Below are positions 62,055 to 64,000 of a stretch of 64,000 bases of DNA, piece by piece (position 1 is the first letter of the stretch; each line of letters opens with the position of its first letter). This DNA is from Callorhinchus milii (lineage: Eukaryota), in the NCBI RefSeq assembly GCF_018977255.1, contig NW_024704743.1:81222001-81286000 (forward strand), read 5' to 3'. Below the pieces are notes generated by a model that was not told the origin of the DNA, ran no database searches, and saw nothing but the letters and a program-made list of their open reading frames with translations. Position numbers and translations under genes: made by a program.

Positions 62055-64000
62055 GAGAATTATACAGCATAGAAGGAGGCCATTTTGCCTATCGTGTCTG
62101 TACCAGTTCTTTGAAAAGAGCTATCCAATTCAATCCCGCTCCCCCGCTCTCCCCATAGCCGTGCAAACTTGTCCTCCCCAAATAATTATCTACTTCTCTC
62201 TTAAAAGCTGATATTGAATTGGCTTCCACCACCTTTTCAGGCAATGCATTCCAGATCCGAACAACTTGCTGTGTTAAAAAAAAATTCTCCTCATCTCCCC
62301 TCTGTTTCTTTTAACAATTTTTTAAATCAGTGTCCTCGGGTTACCAACCCACTCACCAGTAGAAATAGTTTCTCCTTGGTCACCCTATCGAATCCCCTTA
62401 TAATTTTGAAAACTTCTACTAAGTCTCCTCTTAACTTTCTCTGCTCCGAGGAGAATAATCCTAGCTTCTTGAGCCTCTCCTGATAACTGAAGTCCCTCAT
62501 TCCTGGTCCCATTCTGGTAAATCTCCTTCGCAACCTCTCCAATTCCTTGACATGCTTCCTAAAGTGTGGTGCCCAGAACTGAACACAATACTCTAGCTGA
62601 GGCCGAACCAGTGTTTTATAGAGATTCATCATACCTTTTGTATTCTATGCCCCTATTTATAAAGCCTAGTATCCCGAATGTTTTTTTTAACAGCTTTATC
62701 TATCTGTTCTGCCACCTTCAAAGATTTACTTATATGAACCCCAGGTCTCTCTGAACCTTCATCCCCTTTAAGATTGTACCATCAGCTTATATTGCCTCTC
62801 CTTATTCTTCCTCTCAAAATGCATCACCTTGCATTTCTCCACATTAAACTTCATCTGCCACGTGTCTGCTCATTTTACCAGTCTATTTATGTCCTCTTGC
62901 AGTCCGCTACTATCCTTCTCACTGTTTACTACTTTTCCTAGCTTAGTATCATCTGCAAACTTAGAAATTGTACTCCCTATTACAACAACAACTAAATTAC
63001 ATTTATAGAGAGCCTTTCACGTAGGGAGGACATCCCAAAGCGCTGAACAGTCAGGGGTCAGGGCCCAAGTATGGGGGAGGGGTGTTGTAGGGGTGAGGGA
63101 AGGCAGAGAGGTGGGGGGGGAGACCAAAGGCACGGTCGAAGAGAAGTGTCTTGAGACCGGCCTTGAAGGAGGCAAGGGAGGAAGCGAGGCGAAGGGACTA
63201 TGGGATGGAGTTCCAGAGTGTGGGGACAGAGAGGCTGAAAGCCCGGTCACCGATGGTAGGGCGGGTCGGGCGGGAAACATGGAGCAGGCAGGAGCCCACT
63301 GAACAGAGGGAGTGGGCAGGTGGTAGGGAGTCAACAGGTCAGAGAGGTAGGAGGAGGCCTTGGATGGCCTTAAAGTTGAGGACGAGGATCTTGAACTCGA
63401 TCCTCTGGGGGATGGGGAGCCAGTGGAGCCGGACGAGGGTGTGAGTGATGAGGTCGCAGAGCCTGGTGCGTGAGAGTACATGAGCTGCAGAGTTTTGGAT
63501 GATTTGCAGCTTGTGAAGGGAAGAGTTGGGAAGGCCGATGAGGAGGGAGTTCCCGTAATCGAGCCTTGATGTGACAAATGTATATACCCAAGTCCAGGTC
63601 ATTTATATAGATCAAAAACAGCAGTGGTCCCAATACTGAACCCTGGGGGACACCACTGCACACTTCCCTGGTGTCAGAAAAGCAACCGTTCACCACCACT
63701 GCCTGCTTTGTGTCTCCCAGCCAGTTCTGTATCCATGCTGCCACTGTTCCTTTACTACCGTGGGCTTCTATTTTGCTTACAAGTCTCTTATGTGGCACTT
63801 TATCAAACACCTTTTAAAAATCTATATAAACGGCATCAACTGCACCAACTTCATCCACCCTCTCCGTTACTTCATCAAAAAACTATTAGGTTTGTTAGAC
63901 ATGATCTGCCTTTAACAAATCCGTGTTGGATGTCCTTTATTAACTCATATTTTTCTAAGTGAAAATTTATTTTGTCCCAGATTATAGTCTCTAGAAGTTT
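62055..64000 (-). mobile_element. CR1-clade LINE 3' portion (runs off the window), interrupted by an L2
   Basis: [59 protein letters not shown]. 3' terminus near 62055. Confidence 0.95.
62981..63576 (-). mobile_element. L2 3' fragment nested in the CR1
   Basis: [11 protein letters not shown]...[15 protein letters not shown] with the tail at 62981. CR1 sequence on both sides is collinear. Confidence 0.93.

Noticed and set aside
63339..63810. 146-aa and 87-aa ORFs as a novel fused RT gene
   Set aside because: Read-through across the CR1/L2 nesting junction.
1..64000. CRISPR arrays, operons or prokaryotic defence systems
   Set aside because: The sequence is intron-containing vertebrate DNA, and no regularly spaced repeat-spacer array was seen.

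Overview
Eukaryotic (vertebrate) genomic DNA. The repeat families point to a cartilaginous fish, but this is inferred and not proven. The window holds the last coding exon of DEPTOR (PDZ C-terminus, 78-206) and its probable ~5.6 kb 3'UTR, then a ~27 kb repeat-rich intergenic region, then the 5' end of COL14A1 on the + strand. COL14A1 comprises a CpG-rich promoter, a putative non-coding exon 1 ending at 34289, and coding exons at 37073-37163 (signal peptide), 43913-44029, 50536-50679 (first FN3 domain) and 53744-53830. This is the DEPTOR-COL14A1 order known from human. Repeats are L2-clade LINEs, CR1-clade LINEs, several generations of a tRNA-derived SINE with Deu-like and CORE-like segments that shares a 3' hairpin with the L2, hairpin relics and simple repeats. 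I found no convincing wholly new gene system. The best leads are a spliced uORF with an alternative donor in the COL14A1 leader, SINE/LINE tail co-evolution with a compensatory base-pair change, local templated duplications (one inside a CR1 RT motif), strong SINE/L2 strand asymmetry, and a possible Crypton-like fossil. Repeat boundaries were read by eye and are approximate.
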